Of a stretch of 64,000 bases of DNA, positions 40,800-53,109 are shown piece by piece (within the stretch, counting starts at the first letter, position 1; the number at the start of each line of letters is the position of its first letter). The notes under the pieces are model-generated. The model saw only the letters and a program-made list of their open reading frames with translations, had not been told where the DNA came from and did not search any database. The translations under genes and the position numbers were made by a program. The stretch lies in the NCBI GenBank assembly GCA_028534125.1, contig CM052818.1, positions 3,102,001 to 3,166,000 of the forward strand. The letters are read 5' to 3'. This stretch comes from Lama glama (Eukaryota).

Positions 40800-41480
40800 T
40801 TAGTCAAGATGTCTTCCAGGTTCCTGGCATGACCAGTTAGATGGATGGTGGGGCTGCTTAACTGGAGTGGGAAAAGGAAGAAGAGCAGTTTATGAAGTGA
40901 GTGTGGATAGAAGTGAATTAGAGGGCAGAAGATGAGAGCTAATGAGTTCCGTCTTTCAAAATGTGGAACTTGGACATCTGTGGCATTCAGGTAAATATCC
41001 AGTAGGTAATGATATGGAATTTAGATGGGAGATCCAGGCTGGAATAGAGATGGGAGTCATCAGCATTTAGGTGGTAGTTCAACCCATGGGAGTGGTAATC
41101 ACCCAGAGACACTAGAGAGAAAAGTGAAGACAGCTCTTGGGTGCATCAGTTTTGAAGAGGGCAGAGACAGAGAAGGAGAATGAGGAAGAGCTGCCTGACA
41201 GGTGGGAGAAATATGGAGGGTCCATGATGTTGCAGAGATCGAGGAGGAAAAAAATCCAAGGAACTAGAAGCAGTCAAGAATGTCAAATATGGCAGAGACA
41301 AGAAATACAAATTGTGTGGGGAAAAGTCCACTGGATTTAGCAATAAGGAAGTAACTGGTGACTAAAGAGCATTTTCAGTGAAGTAGTGGGAGCAGAATGT
41401 GGACTGCAGTTGGTTAAGGGATGGGAGGTGAGGATAGTTAACTAGTACAGACTGCCTTCCCAGATCACTGGGCTGGAGAG
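40800..41480 (-). mobile_element. L2 LINE fragment
   Basis: Purine-rich antisense L2 body ('gagatccaggctggaatagagatgggagtcatcagcatttaggtggtag', 'ccactggatttagcaataagg'). Confidence 0.65.
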
Positions 41481-42089
41481 AGGAAAGAGGGGATGGGTTT
41501 AAGAAAGCAATAATTTTTTTAAAATCTCAATACAATAAACTATGAATAAATCACAAAAGTAAATGATCAGCAAAGAAAAAAATCCCATCATTCACCCATT
41601 CAGACATGCAAAACAAAAAACATTCACCTCTGTTTTATGTAAAAAATTTGGAACTACAGTTAGTGAGCACATGTGTACTCTAGGATACTTAGAATTGAAT
41701 GATGTGTTAAAGAAATGTAAATTGTTAAAGTGGTATTGTATATGGTCAAATTGCCCTCTTAAAAAGCTGTACCATTTTACACTCCAACCAGTAATGTCCT
41801 GAAGCACTCATTTCCCCCTGTTCTACCAGTGCTGATTGTTAAGAAGCTTTTATTTTTGCCAGTCTGATGCATGTTAATATGATTTCTTTAACTGTATTTC
41901 CCTGATTGCAAGTAAATGTTTTTTTTTTTCTCATGACAGCTGGCTATTTGTGCTTCTTGTCTGTGACATGTCTGTTCATGTCCTTTGTCCATTTGACTCC
42001 AAAGACTTTAGACATAATAGTCACATACTGAATATGCAGTAACTGTATTTCATGTCTTTAGAAACAAAAGATGCAATAAAAATATGAGC

Positions 42090-42510
42090 AAGGAAGAAGT
42101 GACTATTGAGTGATTAGGCAGAATTTTTCAAGGAACTAATAGAACCTTAAGAAATTAAAAATATAATAGCTAAAATTTAAAATTCAATGGACTTAAAAAT
42201 TTTTTAAATTTAAAATTAAAAAGATTTTTTAATTAGAAAAATTTCATTGGACTGATCAAACTAAATTAGATACAGCTGAAGAACTCAGTGAGTTGGAACA
42301 GGACAGAGACAAAGAGGTGGAAAGTATGAAGAGTGAGTGGAGAATAGAATGAGAAATCTAAAATACATTTAAACTGGAATTCCATAAAGAGAGACTACAA
42401 TTTGGGATGGGCACTATTCAAAAAGGTAATGGCTGAGGATCTTCAAGAATTGTTAAAAGGTAGGAATTCTTAGATTCAAGAACCACAAATAATCCCAAGA
42501 TAAATAAAAT
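42090..42510 (+). mobile_element. Old L1 ORF1 remnant
   Basis: 'aattagatacagctgaaga...gagacaaagaggtggaaagtatgaagag...aatggctgaggatcttcaagaattg...agattcaagaaccacaaataatcccaag'. Confidence 0.6.
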
Positions 42511-43127
42511 GAATTAAGTGAAAAAAGCAAGTTGCAGAAAAAGTGTAACATTTATCTTTGAAAGTAATAGAGGAAGTTTTTAAAACAGTACTTGTGAACT
42601 TAGACATCTTTCTTCTAAATATAACTAGAGTGAATGGTAGCCTTATGCAAATGGGGAAACCCTAGAAACATTCTTAAGGTCAAGAAGAGAAGGTTATCCA
42701 CTATTACCATGCTAATTAATATTCTGAGCCTATGACAATTAGAAAAGACTATAAAAATGATGAGAAAATTAAGCAAAGTGGCTGGGTGAAAAATATTAAC
42801 ATACTGAAAATTAACGTATCATAAATTAACTTGGGAGTATTATGCAGTTTTGAGAAGGTTTTGTTTTGTTTTTGTGAGTTCTATTTATGAGAAGAGGGCT
42901 CAGAAAGAACTTTGATGAGGGCAGTGCTTCTGCAAAGGCCCTTTCAGAAAGAAATGGAAGAACCATGAGTGTCTGGTTTGGAAGAGATACACCTTTTAGA
43001 ATGCAGTTGATTGACAGCTTCCTTCCTGACTAGGACATACATAATGTGTCTCAATTGAAAACTCACAGATCTCTTAGGACATATTTGGGCAATTCTGTTG
43101 AAGAAAATTTAAACACTTTCTCTTTAC

Positions 43128-43275
43128 AACAGGGTCCATCAATTGTGGCACTATTGTCATTCTGAGTCAGATAATCCTTGGTTGTAAGGGCTCTTCCGTG
43201 TATTGCAGAATCTTCAATAATATCCGTGACATTTACTAAATGCATAGCAGTGCTCCCAATTTAGAACAACTGCTT
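43128..43275 (-). mobile_element. MER20-like hAT fragment
   Basis: 'ggcactattgtcattctgagtcagataatccttggttgtaagggc'; reverse-complement similarity to the copy at 52340-52560. Confidence 0.6.
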
Positions 43276-43534
43276 CAGATAATCACTTTGCAGTAATACA
43301 GTCATAAACACAGCCAGGCACTGAAACCCCACAGTATTATCTAGATGATCCAGGATATACTGGTGATCATTTTAAAACTTATAATCAAAGTGGAAAGACA
43401 AAACTGGGAAAATTTTCTTGGCAAAAAAAAAAATGTGCCCTTCTCCCCCTACCTCCAGCTTAAGAAACAACATAACAAACCTTAATCCTGGAAAAGATCA
43501 TTCCTCTTATTAATAGTTGAGAAGACTAAGGTTT

Positions 43535-44011
43535 TGCCAACTAAACAGTGTCACTCACCAACCAGCTCTACAAGGATTAAGCCATTTGCCACTGCAGTTG
43601 CTTTCCTTCAACACACCCTGAAAGGAGCTCAGGGTGGAGATCAGGAATGAGGTACTCTGCTCTGGGAAAACTGGCAGAACAAGACTTCAGAAAGTTAAGA
43701 TACTTTGAGGAGATTTTATGAACCCAATTTCTTGCATCTTCCCAAACTTAGAAAAGCACTAAAATCATTAACTAAGATCTCTGTCTCGTGACCTGCAGCA
43801 ATCTTCTACCAAGATGTGTGCTTGATGGCACATAACTCCTCCAAAATCACACACACGCTGACTACCCCCGATACCTCTTTGGAGCACTTCCTCAGAGCTA
43901 TCTGAAAGGATGTCTCTTGGACTATGGTCCTCACCAAGTCCCTGAATAAAACTGAAACTCACAGTCTCACCCTTTAATTTTATTTTATTTTTCACATTAT
44001 TTCAGTTGACA
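43535..44011 (+). mobile_element. ERV1-type solo LTR related to the LTRs of the upstream provirus
   Basis: Termini tgccaactaaa...tttcagttgaca (inverted, TG...CA); AATAAA near 43946; 'cctcagagctatctgaaaggatgtctc' vs 'cctcagagctttctgaaaggctgtctc' at ~2354. Confidence 0.75.
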
Positions 44012-44090
44012 GGCAATCAGCCTATAGTCCCACCACTAATAAGCAGCAGGATGAAGGCTAAAGGTGCATCTCATTCCAGAGTTTTCCAAT

Positions 44091-44109
44091 ACACATGCGC
44101 GCGCGCGCG

Positions 44110-44152
<43 letters not shown>

Positions 44153-44162
44153 GCGCGCGCAC
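44091..44162. repeat. Compound (GC)n(CA)n(GC)n microsatellite
   Basis: acacatgcgcgcgcgcgcgccc(ac)n aagcgcgcgcac seen directly. Confidence 0.95.
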
Positions 44163-44539
44163 CTCACCCTTAATACATTTGTACTCAGGAGCTATCTTCA
44201 ATAAAGAGTACTTAGATTTATTCTGTGTGATTCCTAGGGCCAGACCTCAATTTCAGTTCACTATAAGAGAAAATGTTCAAATAATATGTCAGGGTGTACC
44301 TAAGGAGAAAAAGATAACTTGATATAAACACACAAGTGAAAGAAACAGCAAATACTTTGGTGGACAAAACCCCCTTGACAAAGCACTTAAATCGCAGCCA
44401 ATACCTGCTAATAACGTAGGAAATTCTAAGGAGGGTTTTTGAATCTATGTCCAGTGGAATTCTACTCCGAAATAGGACTCGCTTGGGCCTGAAACAGTCA
44501 TGGCAATCCCTGGAGCTGTGTCTGTGCCTTCCATACCAG

Positions 44540-45200
44540 CAGGGTGGGCCAGAAGCACTCTAGCCACAGCAAAGAATCTGAGCGTTACAGCCGCCAGGTA
44601 AGCGCAGATTCCACCAACCAGATTGCCCGGCAATTGTCAGCCGGTTCCGGGAGGAGGAGACTACAGCTCCCATCAGGCAGCGCGAGCTGAGGTGGGCAGG
44701 CACTCGCCACGCGTGGGCGGCTCTGACCAATGACGACTGTCGTTACAGCGAAGAGTTTGGCCTCGTTTGTAAAAGGCCGCGGCAGGCGAAGAGAGAGGAG
44801 GTGAGGGTGGTCATCAGCCTGGGGGTCTGGGCCCGCGGGCTGGGGGGCGCAGGGCAGGTGAAGTGGCCGCGTTGACAGAAGGCGGGAGCGGCGATGGGAC
44901 AAGGGCGTAGAGTCAGGAATCCCGGTGAAGAGCGTGTCCTAAGAGCAGGGTGCCGGCCAGGTGATGCTTCTGCTCGGGCCTACTTAGGACCGGAAGTGAG
45001 CGGTCGCTCTGGGAGGATGCCGGGAAGCAGGTCCCCGGGTGGCGCGTCGCGGGGCGGGCCGCGTCCCGGAAGCCAGGTGGGAGGTATGCACCGCGCAGTC
45101 GGGGTACCTAGATTCCTGTCCTCATGGTCGCGGCAGCATTCTTCTCTGTGCCCACGCAGCGCAGGGCAGATGGAAGCACTCCGGCCCCGAAGTTGAGAGT
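44540..45200 (+). promoter_or_regulatory. C2orf42 CpG-island promoter and putative non-coding exon 1 (donor GAG|GTATGC after 45083)
   Basis: CpG-rich; CCAAT at 44727-44731, ETS/GABP CCGGAAGTG at 44990-44998, GC boxes. TSS not determinable from sequence. Confidence 0.7.
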
Positions 45201-45440
45201 CCTGGCTTATAGTCCTGCCCCTTCCTCTCACTTGGAGTTTGATAAGGAATCCAGCAGATTCCAAACTCCAAGTTAGATTATCCGGAGGCTGGACATTAAT
45301 CAAATCACTACTTTCTTTGAGCCAGTTTCTTCATCTCTAAGATGGATAAAATAGTACCTGCTTCACAGGATCGTGGTGAGCAATCAATACATGAGTAAAT
45401 GCATGGGAAGGGCTTAATTGTACTCAGTAAACGTTAGCAA
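45200..45440 (+). mobile_element. MIR SINE remnant
   Basis: 'caaatcactactttctttgagccagtttcttcatctctaagatggataaaatagtacctgcttcacaggatcgtggtgag...tactcagtaaacgttagc'. Confidence 0.7.
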
Positions 45441-46504
45441 GTTAGTGTGTTTTATTCATGGTGATCGTTCGTTCTCTTCACTTACTGTGCTTCACAAGCA
45501 TTAAACAGCGTTCATCAAACTGTATAGCTCTACAGCCAAACAGTACCGGGCTGAAAACCCACTCAGGGACTGTTCGTAGGGTAGATCTTCCAGCACCATT
45601 CCCTCTACACAATCTGACTGAGGCGGCTGTTTAGTAAACTTGCCAGAAAGAGGAGACCCCTTTTAAGGCAGGATTCAAATATGAATTTTAAATTTAGGTT
45701 CTTTTCAAGTTGTGTTACTTGTTTATATGTGCTTTCAGTGTAGAATCTATAATAAGTGATACTAGTACAAGTTTAAAATTCAAATCGTGCAAAACTGAAA
45801 TATACCCACTTTCTGTTTACCAAGCCCTCAGTCGCTTCTGAGGCAATGTATTCTGTATGTGTGTGTCTTCCGTATCTTTTCTCTTTTTGAAACCAAGACT
45901 ATCACATTATACATAAGGTACTATGCCTTTTTTAACTCCACAGTTTATCGTGATACTTGTTCCTTATCAATACATGTAGATCTGATTCTTTTTAAGTAGC
46001 ACATAATAGCATAAGTCATTATAGTAACCTATTGTATGGTTACACCATGGTTTATTTGGTCAGTTCTTAGCGCAGTTATGGACAGCCTTGCATGGAGTAC
46101 CCCTGTACATATTTTGTGTACATATGAGAATAGAACTCATGAAATCTTAAAAGTGGAATCGCTAAGTCAAAGTGTGTGTTTTACATTTATTTTATTTACA
46201 TCCCTTTAAAAACGATGTTGCACTCCCACCAACAATGTCCAGTGCTTATTTCTCTACATCCTCGTGTGATAACATTTGTCTTTTTTGTCACTTTGCCAAA
46301 GTCTTGTTTTAATTTGCCTCTTGCTCATTGTCAAGTTGAATTGTGGATGTTCAAAATCATTTTTCTTTTTTCTCTTTCATAACCTGTCCTTTCATGCCTG
46401 TGGTTGCTTTTCTAGTGGGTTTGCTTCTTTTTTCTTACTGATCTATTAACATTTTTATTTTAAGAAATTAGCCCTTTGTTATTTGCATTCCAAATATTTC
46501 CCTC

Positions 46505-48620
46505 TATTTTTAATGACAGATTTATTGAAACATAAATCACCTAACATAAAAGTCACCCTTTTAAAGGTGTTTTATAGTATATTCACAGAGTTGTGCAACA
46601 TTTCATCACCCCAAAAAGAAATCTCATGCTCATTAGCAATCACTCCCAATTCCCCCTTTCCTTCCAGCACCTGGAAATCCCTTATCTTTCTGTCTCTATT
46701 AATTTGCTTATTCTGGATATTTCACTTAAATGTAATCATACAATGTATGGCTTTTGGGGTCTGACTTCTTTCACTTACCATAATATATCAAGTCTCATTC
46801 ATTCATGTTGTACCATGTATCAGAACTTCATTCCCTTTTATGGCCAAATAATATTCTGTTGTTTGGATATACCACATTTTGTTTATCCATTCATCAGTTG
46901 ATGGACATTTGAACTGAATCTTTCTGACATTTATGAATCTTACTACTACAGTGAACATCATGTACAAATTTTTGTTTTCAATTCCTTTGGGTGTATAATA
47001 TATGTGTGTGTGTGTATGTGTATATATATATATTCTCCTGGGATTCATATGGTAACACTGTTTAACATTTTGAAGAACCGTCAATTTTCCAAAGTGGCTG
47101 CACCATTTTACAATATCGCAACAATGTATGTCGGTTCCAATTTTTCTATATCCATGCTAAAATTTGTTACTGTCTGTCTTTTTTCAGTCATCTTAATAGC
47201 TTTGAAGTGGCATCTTGACATTTTTTATTTGCAGTTCCCTAATGACATGATGTTGAACATCTTTTCAAGTGTTTATTGGCTATTTGTATATCTTCTTTGG
47301 AGAAATATCCATTCAACTCATTTGCCCATTATTAAATTGGGTTATTTGTCTTTTTATTGTTAACTTATGTGTTTTTTACGTATTCTAGATACAAGTCCCT
47401 TATCATATATATGACTTGCAAATATTTTCTCCCATTCTGTGGGTTGTCTTTTAACTTCCTTGATGTGCCTTTGAAGCACAAATGTTTTTAATTTTGATGA
47501 AGACCAGTTTTTCTATTTTTTTTCTTTTGTCACTCTTGCTTTTGGTGTCATATCTAAGAAACCATTGCCTAATTCAAGGTCACGAAGATTTGCACCCGTT
47601 CTTTTCTAAGCATTTTATATTTTTAGCTCTTACATTTATGTTTATGGTCCACTTTGAGTGAATTTTTATATACAGTATGAGGCAGGAGTCAATTTCATTC
47701 AGAATAGCGCATGGCTATTCGGTTGTCCCTGCACCATTTGTTGCTAGGAGTATTCTCTCACCTTTAAGTGATCTTGGCATCCTTGTTGAACATCAGTTGA
47801 CCATAAATGTGAGGGTTTACTTTTGAACTTTCAATCCAATTTCATTGCTCTGTTTATCTATCTGTATGTCTAATGTCACATTGTCTATCCCCCAGCTTTA
47901 TTAAGATGTGATTGACATTTAACACTGTGTAAGTTTAAAGTATACAAGATGTTCATTTGATAGTCTTATATATTGCAAAATGATTACCACCATAGCATTA
48001 GCTAACACCTCCATCACATCACATAATTACCATTTCTTTTGTGGTTAAGAACATTTAAGATCTACTCTTAGCAACTTTCAAATACATAATACAGTATTAT
48101 TAACAATAATCACCATTCTGTACATTAGACCCCCAGAACTTATTCTTCTTATAACAAGAAGTTTGTACCCTTTCACTAACATCTCTCCATTTCTCCAACC
48201 CTCGAGCCCCTGGCAACCACCATTCCATTTCTGAGTCTGGCTTTTTTAGGTTCTACATATAAACGATATCGTACAGCGTTTGTCCTCCTCTGTCCACAAT
48301 GTCTGAATTTGCTTTGTAGTAACTTTTGAAATAAGGAAGTATGAGTCCTTCTATTTTGTTCTTTCTCAAGATTGTTTTGGTTCTACCAGGTCCCTTGCAT
48401 TTCTGTAAGAATTTCAGGATCATCTTGTCAGTTTCTGCAAAAAAGGTATGTGAAGTTTTGGTAGAGATTACACTGTATGTGTACATCATGGGGGAATAGC
48501 GCCATCTTAACAATACTAAGTCTTCTGGTCCACGAACATGAGCTGTCTTTCCTTTTTTTTTAACTCTTTAATTTCTTACAATTATGGTTAGTAGTTTTCC
48601 GCATACAAGACTTGCACTAG
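46505..48620 (-). mobile_element. L1MB-like 3' region, with a second L1 3'-end piece inserted at ~47890-48285
   Basis: ORF-track peptides KCPSTDEWINKMWYIQTTEYYLAIK and FFAETDKMILKFLQKCKGP match the L1 ORF2 C-terminal region. Confidence 0.85.
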
Positions 48621-48724
48621 TTTTGTTGCTCAGTTTGTTTTCATCTTTGGGCTTAGTTTAGGATACTTTTTTCCATGCAAAAAGATTTCATTTTTATGTA
48701 ATCAAATATAATCAGTCTTAATTT

Positions 48725-49608
48725 TAAAATGGGCCAAATATTTGAATAGTTATTTCCCTAAAGAGATGGACATATGGCTAAATAAGCATATGAAATGTTG
48801 GCAACATCATTATTCATTAAGGAAATGCAGTTTAAAACAAAATGAGATACTATTTCGCACCCACTATAATAAAATGGCCGTAACCAAGGAGACAATAACA
48901 CGTGTTGGCCAGGAAATGGAGAAAAAGGAACGCTCTTATGCTGCTGGTGCAAATGTAAAATGGTGCGGTCACTTTGGAGAACAGTTTGGCTATTTCTTTA
49001 AAAGTCACATGTAAACTTACCATATGACCCAGCAATTCCGCTTCTAAGTATCTACCCAAGAGATGAAGACATTTGTTTACACAAAGACTTGCATGTTAAT
49101 TTTCTCAACAGTATCTTTCATGATAGCCCTGAATTGGAAACAGTCCAGATATCTATAAGATGGTAAATGGATAAACAAAATGGTATATCCATACAATGGA
49201 ATATTATGTAGCAATATAAAGGAATGAAGTACTGATACATGCTACAATGTGGCTGAATCTCAAAAACATTATATTAACTGAAAGAAGCCAGACACAAAAG
49301 GCCATTTATGGTATGATTCCATATATATAAAATGTCCAGGAAAGGTAAATCTATAGAGATGGGAAGCAAATTAGTGACTCCCTATGCATGGGAATGATGA
49401 ATGACTGCAGAAGCAAGAGGGACCTTTTTGGGGTGATGGAAGTGTTCTAAAACTTTCTTATAGTGATGGACGCCCAACTCTATAAATTTAAGAATTTATT
49501 AGCAATTATAATTCATTATGACTATAAATAATATTTAACTGTACACTTAAAATGGGTGAATTTTGTGATATGTAAAATAAACCTCAATAAAGAAGTTAAA
49601 AAAAAAAA
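48725..49608 (+). mobile_element. L1MB-like ORF2 C-terminus, 3'UTR and poly(A)
   Basis: 'catatgacccagcaattccgcttctaag', 'aatggataaacaaaatggtatatccatacaatggaata', ending 'cctcaataaagaagttaaaaaaaaaaa'. Confidence 0.85.
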
Positions 49609-49923
49609 GCCTGCTGATACAGTCAGGAAAATAATTAATCAGTATTTTCTGGATTCTGGGTTTTGTGTCATTTAGGCCATCCTCATTCTGATACCGTTTA
49701 AAAGTGTATTTTTTTTAAATTCCTGTCTTTTTTATTCTACTGTGTTAACATTGTATTGGAATGTTTTATCTGCCTGGAATTTAAGTATAGAAAGTGAGAT
49801 AGGATAAATTAAGATATATTTAATGATAATTTTGCCCTTAAATTTTCCTTTTGTATAATTTTAATAAATTACTTTATTGATTAAATTATTTGGATTCCCT
49901 CCCCTATTCACTTTTTTTTTTTT

Positions 49924-50663
49924 GGGGGGGGGAGGGGGTAGGTAATGAGGTTTATTTATTTATTTATTTTTAGAGGAAGTACTGGGGATTGAACCCAGGA
50001 CCTCTACCTTGAGCTATACCCTCCTTAAAATCACCGATGTGCTTTTCAAACACTTTTAGAAGTGGAACCCTTTCCTCCCAATATAATCTTACTCTGTACC
50101 CCACAAAAACAACCCACTAGAAACAATGTTCCAAATCTTTTCTACTGAAATACTTGCATTTATGTACTAAGGTCAGTGTTTAGAATGTTCATTGCAGCAC
50201 TGTCTAAAACTAAAAATCCAGTGGTAGAGGTGGTTAGACTATGTGAAATTTTTAAAGGTTTTTTTTAAATGTATTACATTTATAAGCTCATACAAATATA
50301 TTTGTTTCCTGTTTCCTCCTTCCTTTTATACAGGTTACAGCATATTATACATGCTATTCTACTTATTAATTTTTTTGTGGGGGTAGATAATTAGGTCTAT
50401 TTATTTATTTATTTTTAGAGCAGGTACCAGGGATTGAACCCAGGACCTCAAGCATGCTAAACATGTGCTCTACCACTTGAGCTATACCTTCCACCAAAAT
50501 ATTTTATTGATTTATTTTTACTTATTATTGTTTTTGTTTTTGTTTTTTTGGCAGGGAGAAGGTAATTAGGTTTATTTATTTTTAATGGCGGTACCAGGGC
50601 TTTAAACCCAGGACCTCATGCATGCTAAGCATATGCTCTACCATTTAAGCTATACCGCCCCCT
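49924..50663 (-). mobile_element. Cluster of three Vic-1-like SINEs (~49924-50025, 50379-50493, 50550-50663)
   Basis: Each has a tail-side 'taat(t/g)agg..tatttatt', 'acccaggacctc' and 'agctatacc'; the first is internally deleted. Confidence 0.85.
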
Positions 50664-50989
50664 CATGCTGTTCTGACTTTGTTTTTCCACTTAACATTTC
50701 CTAAAGATCTGAACGGTCAATAAGTAAAGAACTTCCTTAGTCTTTTTTTTAAGCAGCTGTGAAAATTATTTTATTTTTTGGAAAATAATCCATTATACAA
50801 TTATACAATAATTAATTTAACCAGTTCCTTCTTGATGGACATTAGGTTTGTTCTAATGTTTTGCTGTTATAAAAATGATCAATGAAAAAAAGTTCAAATG
50901 AATAACCGTACATGTTTCTCATTTCACATAGGAGTAAATCTGTAAGATAAATTCTTATTAGTGGAATTACTGGGTCAAAAGGAATATGC

Positions 50990-51570
50990 AGAGGAAACAT
51001 CAGACGAGCCCAAATTGAGGGACATTCTATAAAATACCTGACTCTTCAAAGTGATCAAGATTATGAGAAACAAGGAAAGACAAATTCACAGATCCAGGAA
51101 GACTAAGGAGACATGAGGACTAAATGCAATGTGGTATCTTGGATTGCATCCTGAGACAGAAGAAGGACAAAGTTTAGAGTTTAGCTAATAATATGTACTA
51201 ATGTTGGTTTCTTAGTTTTGACAAATGTCCCATGGTAATATATGATGTGTAAATATTAGGGGAAACTGAGTGAAAGTTATCTGGGAACTCTGTGTTCTAT
51301 CTTTGCAACTTTTCTGATAATGTGAAGTTATTCTAAAATAAAAAGTTTATTCTTTAAAAAAAGGGCATTAATGGAAAAACTGGTAAAATTTAAGTCTGTA
51401 GTAGGGTTAACAGTTTATCAATGTTAAAACCTTAGTTTTGACAAATGTCCCTTGGTTATGTAAAGTGTGAACATTTGGGGAAGCGAGGTAAAGGGTATAC
51501 AGAGACGCTCTATACTATCTTTGTACCTTTTATATAAACCTAAAATTATTTCAAAATTGAAGTTTTTTAA
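50990..51570 (+). mobile_element. L1MC-like 3'UTR with internal duplication
   Basis: 'aaacatcagacgagcccaaattgagggacattct'; 'cttagttttgacaaatgtcc' occurs twice (~51211 and ~51431). Confidence 0.7.
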
Positions 51571-51797
51571 TGTGCATTCGTAGTTTTGAAAGATACTAAC
51601 AAATTGCCCTCTACAGAGCATAATAAACAGATAAAAGAAAAGATAAGGGGAAAGAGTAGAATTCCCATGATGATGCTAAAACTATAGCATCTTTACGCTT
51701 CACCATAAAATTGGCAAACGGTTCTTCCCTTAATGAGTAAAATTGTTCTTTTTTCCACTTTAAGGTTATGTAAATCATGATCATCAGTGTAATTTTA

Positions 51798-52057
51798 TTC
51801 TATTTTGTGTTTTAAAAATAAAATGTTCTTTCTTTTTTTCTACAAACCCTCGTGTCGAGGGCTGACTTTCAATAGATCGCAGCGAGGGAGCTGCTCTGCT
51901 ACATATGAAACCCCGACCCAGAAGCAGGTTGTCTACGGATGGTTTAGCACCAGGTTCCCCACGAATATGCGGTGCCTGACGGGCGAGGGGGCGGCCGCCT
52001 TTCTGGCCGCGCCCCATGTCCCAGGACGAAGGGCTCTCCGCACCGGACCCCGGTCCC
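51798..52057 (-). pseudogene. Retroposed 3'-terminal ~216 nt of 28S rRNA with A-rich tail (SINE28-type)
   Basis: Reverse complement of 51842-52057 reads GGGACCGGGGTCCGGTGCGGAG...CTCCCTCGCTGCGATCTATTGAAAGTCAGCCCTCGACACGAGGGTTTGT, the mammalian 28S 3' end. Perfect 16-bp TSD catcagtgtaatttta at 51782-51797 and 52058-52073. Confidence 0.95.
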
Positions 52058-52339
52058 CATCAGTGTAATTTTAAAACTGGGATATACATAGAAAACAATC
52101 TGAAGCTCAGAAGTTAAAAGACGTGGTCATAGAGATAACTGACTTTGGAACATTCTCTCCTGAGAACCCAGGTAGAGCTGAATGAGAGAGAAGACCTACT
52201 AAAGAAGTTTGTTGACCTGAGAAGGAAATGCTGTGTGAACAGGCCAATGTCTCTAGATCAACGTTTCATTTTGTTTTTAACTGAACTCTAGTTGATTTAC
52301 AATATGTTAGTTTCAGGTGTACAGCAAAATGCTTCAGTA

Positions 52340-52560
52340 GATTAGTGAATGTTTTCTAACAGGTAATTTTGCCCTCACAAGGGCATCCAGCAATATCTGG
52401 ACATTTTTGTTTTTTTATAACAGAAAGGGGGTGTTGACTGCATCTGGTGGGTAGAGACCAGGGATTCTACTAAAAATCCTGCAATGCGTAGGATGGCCCC
52501 CCATGACAAAGAGTTATCCAGCCCTAAATGTCGGTAGTGCCAAGGTAGAGAAACCCTGCT
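52340..52560 (+). mobile_element. MER20-like hAT element
   Basis: 'gcatctggtgggtagagaccaggga...cctgcaatgcgtaggatggcccccc...aaatgtcggtagtgccaaggtagagaaaccctg'. Confidence 0.8.
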
Positions 52561-53109
52561 ATAGATCATATTTCACAAAGCTTTAGTCACTCAGCAGATA
52601 TTACAGTTGGGGGATTAGTTCATAGCAACACTGAAAAAGTGGGCATTCTTAGACTGTCTTGTTGGCACTTTCCAATTTGTTAACCAGTGGACTATAGAAG
52701 ATGTGTAGGGAAAATATTTCTTTTATCAAGACCCACCGCCCAGGGTCAGGGTGGGAAAAGCAAAGCTAACACCCTATTTCAAAATTACAGGTGGATTTAC
52801 CTTTTTAAAAAGTGTTAAAAATACTAAACTTTACTTAATAACATGCATGCTGACCTGATACCTGCAACTTTGAAATGCATCCAAATATGAAAGGGACAGA
52901 TGGAGAAAGGGATAGATAACTTGATGTGTAACAAAGCAAATATAGTAAAATTTTAATGGTGGAATAAAGCAAATATAGTAGACTGTTAATTGTAGAATCT
53001 CGTGGGTGGGTATGTGAAGATTCACTGTCTAATTCTGTTTTTTATATGTTTGAAAATTTTCATGATATTAGTGGGAAAATCAAAAGCAGAGACTCATACT
53101 CTTTGTTTT

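Noticed and set aside
44445..45303. ORFs of 60-107 aa on both strands in the C2orf42 CpG island
   Set aside because: Expected by chance in GC-rich DNA; low-complexity Pro/Arg/Gly content and no homology I recognise.
51842..52057. Functional rRNA gene
   Set aside because: Only ~216 nt, with TSD, A-rich tail and substitutions; no flanking rDNA.
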